Assembly: GCA_964187785.1 (NCBI GenBank)
Contig: OZ076409.1
Location: 39,124,001 to 39,188,000 of the forward strand
Source: Amphiscolops sp. MND2022
Taxonomy: Eukaryota
Reading direction: 5' to 3'
DNA: 64,000 bases
Position 1 is the stretch's first letter. The number at the start of each line of letters is the position of its first letter. Positions 60,401 through 64,000 of this stretch are shown in pieces. Position numbers and translations under genes: made by a program. The notes beneath the pieces were generated by a model that was given only the letters and a program-made list of their open reading frames with translations, was not told the origin of the DNA and made no database searches.

Positions 60401-61554
60401 TTGTAAACTACTCCAATGTTTGCCTTTTCTATGATCCGCTGAGTGGTTTGGTCCCCTTTGCTATTAACGCTTGCAAATTTCTGTCTTGGGGGATGTTCTT
60501 CATCAGGCATATTTGGCACTTCGCGTTGAAGACACACTGCGTCCCTCGCCGTTATATCCAGCTGCTTCATTTCTGCCGCAGTCAGTAGCTCTCTTGCGAC
60601 CTTTTGCCTCCTGGTCTCTGGTTGGCTAGGAGATGGTGATTGAATTCCTTTGTTTGATCTTGAGCTAGATTGCCCGTCTTGTTCTCTGGCTCTCTTGGTT
60701 GCGTTCAACTTGTCGCGAAGGTCTATTGGAGCGTTGTTGGCGTTTCTTTCCTCTCGCTGTTCTTCTCTCTGCCGTTCATGCAGTTTTGGATCTTTTTGGA
60801 ATCCTATCAGTCTGCTGGGTTCGTTTCGGGCAGGTTGGGTGTTGGAGGTGGAGGGAATTAGTTCTTCATATGAATCTTGGAATGAGACTTTTCTTGTCAG
60901 GCGAGTTTCTTTGCCTTGCTCTTGTGTTGTTGCTTGGTTGCATTCGATGGGCCTTACTTGCACCCCTCCCCCTGAAAGGTAGAAGGAAGCATAAAGCCAG
61001 AAGTAGATGGAGTGAGTGAGCCGACACTTACGGATGCCAGAGGCATAGGTGGTGTGGGGATTGGAGGTGGCATTAAGAGTAGGATGCAGCTGAAGGTTGT
61101 AGTTTCGGTGGGTGGAAACTGAATCATGGTTTGTGGTGGGGTTGGCTGTGGAGCTTGGAATAAAGGTTGAATCGTTGGGGGAGAGATTCTGAACGATCGT
61201 TCCTGGTCCATTGGAGGCCTTTCGGGTTCTCCATAGAGCATGTGGGAGCGAGGGTGGTCAATACGATTGTGAGTTAAGTCATAACCATGCCAAACGACAT
61301 CGCGGAAGGTAGCGGAACGCTCAAGCGGCCCGATACTACTCGTGATGGTTAAGAGGACTTCTGGGTGCACAGCTTGAGCTTGCATCTGTGTTACGATCAT
61401 GGCAAAGCCAGCGATCATGGTGGGGTAGCCCCGTCTTGGAGAGCTTGTTGGACTTAGGCTAGTTGGTCGATTTGACCATTAACCTCGCCCACTGGCGGAA
61501 GAGTGTTAGTAGGAGGCATATGGGGTTGGGGATTCTGTTGGCTGCTGGGTCCAT
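57446..61554 (-). pseudogene. Long extra ORF of element 4 (about 1300 aa, disrupted) with an SGNH/GDSL-hydrolase-like domain
   Basis: ORFs 59710-60963, 59471-59659 and 57446-59380 join via a frameshift at ~59725 and an in-frame TAG at 59473-59471. Motifs IALFVDSTI, MPCTTLNEM, PPILVYSNVIDHL, KPNTGTVFVSPP. The 5' start is uncertain. Confidence 0.55.
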
Positions 61555-61907
61555 TGATAGCACTGAGGGAGAATAGAGTGATATCGGTGAAAGTGAGTGA
61601 TGGTGCAATTTGGGAAAGCTGCGCAAGGGCGAACCAACAGGATAAAACTGAAAAGCAAGTTGCACATGAATAGAGAGAAGTTTCATAGGGTATAGCTAAA
61701 GAGTATCAAAAGGGTTAAGAAGGGAATACAAAAGGTTAAAACTTAAAAATACAGAGTAAGTGTAAAGAAGACTTGTAGCTTAGTAGAGTGCAGTCATTAA
61801 AAATCCTACGGACTAGTTCGCATGTATCGAGAGAGTCAACAAGGAAAGCGGGATGGTTTTTTAGAAGAATAAGGAGGGTGGGCCTTTGGCCCTGTTGTTG
61901 TGCGGAT

Positions 61908-63926
61908 TCAACCAGCAGTGACGTCAATGGAAGAAATTGAGGCGATTGAAACGTAGACTCTATCGTGGAGTATTACTTCTAGATTCGACCCGGAAAAGTT
62001 GTCTCGGAGTGTGGCGTACCAAGTTGGTAGATTGATTGATCGTTCAGGATCATAGATGGGTATATGAATTTGGGAAGTTCCGTGTTGATTGAGTTGGTGT
62101 CGGAGGTGGTTGAGGCATGTATGTAAGGTTTCGTGCAGGAGTGGGTGCTTGTTGGAGGCTCTGGTGCATAAGAGGAAGATTTGATTGTTCCAGGGTGCCG
62201 TGTGGGAATATTACAAGCAAATGGCCATGCCAATCGAGAGTTTTAAACGGAAGATCGCTTCTTGTCCATATTCGCGAATGATATATCGAATAGTCCCCGA
62301 TTGGGATTGGAGGTCCGCGGGACAACACAACACTAGTGTGCCAGAGGCTTGTAGAATATCCGTGTCAGAGTAAGTAATCCATGGCACGTGACTTGGACGA
62401 ATTTTTGGTTGTGATATGAGCCATTTCCCAGTTTCCTCTGCATGATTCTTTAAGGGGTTCCACATCAAGTGTCCGAAAATTGCTTTGCGATCTTTCCATA
62501 GTGTACGATGCAGGGGGTGGTTACCCATTGGTACGCACGACCAGCTGTGCATTACGGAAAGTGCTTCTAGGGGAGAGATAGGATTTTCAGGTGTGTATAT
62601 CAATCGGTCGAAAATGCAAATTTTCTTTTGTCTGCAGAAGACAATGGCTATCAGATGCAACCAGTGTTGGCGCAAGAATTTGCCTCGGTAGATGTCGACA
62701 AGGTGAAAACATAGGGTGTCGCTTGTCTCTACAAGGGTGCGTAGATTCTCTAGGCATAGTAATACTGTAGTTGGTGAGACCAATGAGGAGTCGTCGAGGG
62801 AAGTGACTAGGAGCCACCATCCTGTGGATGGTTGATATACGTCACCCGGAGGGGAAGTGATGTGATATTTCTTCCATAGTTGGTTGGCGGTGATGCAGCG
62901 AATCGTCTGAGGGTTGTTGCAGGTGTCGTCTAGCTCACCGAATAAGAATGAGGGTGGTAAAGGGGGAATGGTTGCGGCCAATGTGAATTCAAGTCCACCC
63001 TTTTCATAAGTTGTCCACTCTTTGAAGCGATACGTTGGACAATTAGAAGGGGAGAATTTATGCATTTCTCTCAGAGTGGATTCCAGAGGTGGGATTGATT
63101 CAGATTCGGTGCTTGTAAAAGCTTTCTCGATTGTTAAGATGATGTGTTGGATGGTAGGCGGGGTTTTGGGTTTTTGTATGTTTGCTCGTATATTCAAGAT
63201 TGCGTGTTGTGGATGGTTTGCTGTTTGTGCTAAGATGATTTCGCAAGTTGGAATCGCCGCTCCCCGGGCCAGTCGCTGATTCGGGGGTTCCGTTGTGACT
63301 AGCTGGATGCAACTACAGTTACGGGAACCACAGGTTCCGCATCTATATTTTGGCGTTCTATTGGCTCGGAGTTGATAGCGTGGTGCTTGTCTGGAAGTAT
63401 CATCTAGTTGGTTTGATTGAGTAGAGGTTGAACACTCAGGAATTTGGGGGAGAGTCATGGCTCTGTCAAGCGTTCTGGGTGCGGTCCTGGAGGAAAATCG
63501 GGTTCTTGGGCCTCTTTTGGGCCGTGTGGTTGGTCTCCGGGAGGACGTAGTAGTTCCGCTTGAGGACTTGGATAGTTGGTTTCGGCGACCGGGAGGTCTG
63601 CCTCGAGGTCAAGCTCTCCTGTTGGTAGTTGTGGGTGGTGGGTTTTGACTCGTGATCTGGTTGTCGGGTCCGACACTGTGTTCTTGTGGTTCACTGGTTT
63701 GGATTGGATCAGTCGGTTCGTTGGAATCCTTTGTGTGTTGGTTAAAGAGGGGGAAGTTGCTTAAGGTGCCCGTGAGCGAGGGGTTAGATAGTAATGGAGC
63801 TGAAGTTCCAGAGGGCGATGGTATCAAGCTTTCGATAAGCGTTGGTGGTAGTATTTCCTCCTGATCAAAAAATAGTGGTTCTAGATCGTCGACTTCGGGG
63901 AATGCTACCTGGGGGGGAGAAGTCAT
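61908..63926 (-). pseudogene. Probable Pol C-terminal extension of element 4 with a Cys cluster and two TARG1/Poa1p-like macrodomains
   Basis: Pro-rich linker, then RYQLRANR and CGTCGSRNCSC. Reading through TAA 62213-62211 gives ITYSDTDIL..LVLCCPADL..SG...IG.A..L*...IFLLCTR...HETLHTCLNHLR....G...IHIP...W...L...F....LEVIL, ending at TGA 61910-61908. Confidence 0.6.
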
Positions 63927-64000
63927 GGAAGGAGGTTCGGGCGCTTCGGTCTCAGAGTCTGATTCGGATGGCTATTCGAATTGGCTGAATCTCCTGCGGG

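Larger units (their letters stand above)
56177..64000 (-). mobile_element. 3' part of a large, partly decayed LTR retrotransposon (element 4), apparently in innexin-2 intron 1
   Basis: Composition changes abruptly at TGTAACGAC (minus-strand end ...GTCGTTACA, compare element 3 end ...GTCGTAACA). Putative LTR 56177-57261 is preceded by GGTGGCCCC|TG, as in element 3. Pol-tail-like RYQLR motif present. The second LTR and RT/IN are outside the window, so the class is inferred. Confidence 0.65.

Overview
AT-rich eukaryotic DNA with GT-AG introns, from an invertebrate (innexin genes; an acoel or similar worm is a guess only). Host content: one intronless coiled-coil gene (6152-7861, +) and two tandem minus-strand innexin paralogs with matching exon structure (19452-8665, six exons, complete; 55871-50424, exon 1 outside the window). 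Over half the window is Ty3/Gypsy LTR retrotransposon. Element 1 is intact, has identical LTRs and lies in innexin-1 intron 2 (12340-18256). Element 2 is a decayed relative carrying a nested MITE (27923-34351). Element 3 is 14.8 kb with 1.6-kb LTRs (35027-49811). Element 4 is the 3' part of a large element (56177 to >64000). The most striking signal is in element 3. Between pol and the 3' LTR it carries an antisense 8-exon gene (about 1076 aa, all introns GT-AG and phase-compatible) that resembles a catalytically degenerate hAT DNA-transposase. This gene is divergent from a second acidic accessory ORF that runs into the LTR. Element 4 carries different cargo: tandem TARG1-like macrodomains and a long ORF with an SGNH-hydrolase-like domain. 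All domain calls are by-eye motif recognition; no searches were run.
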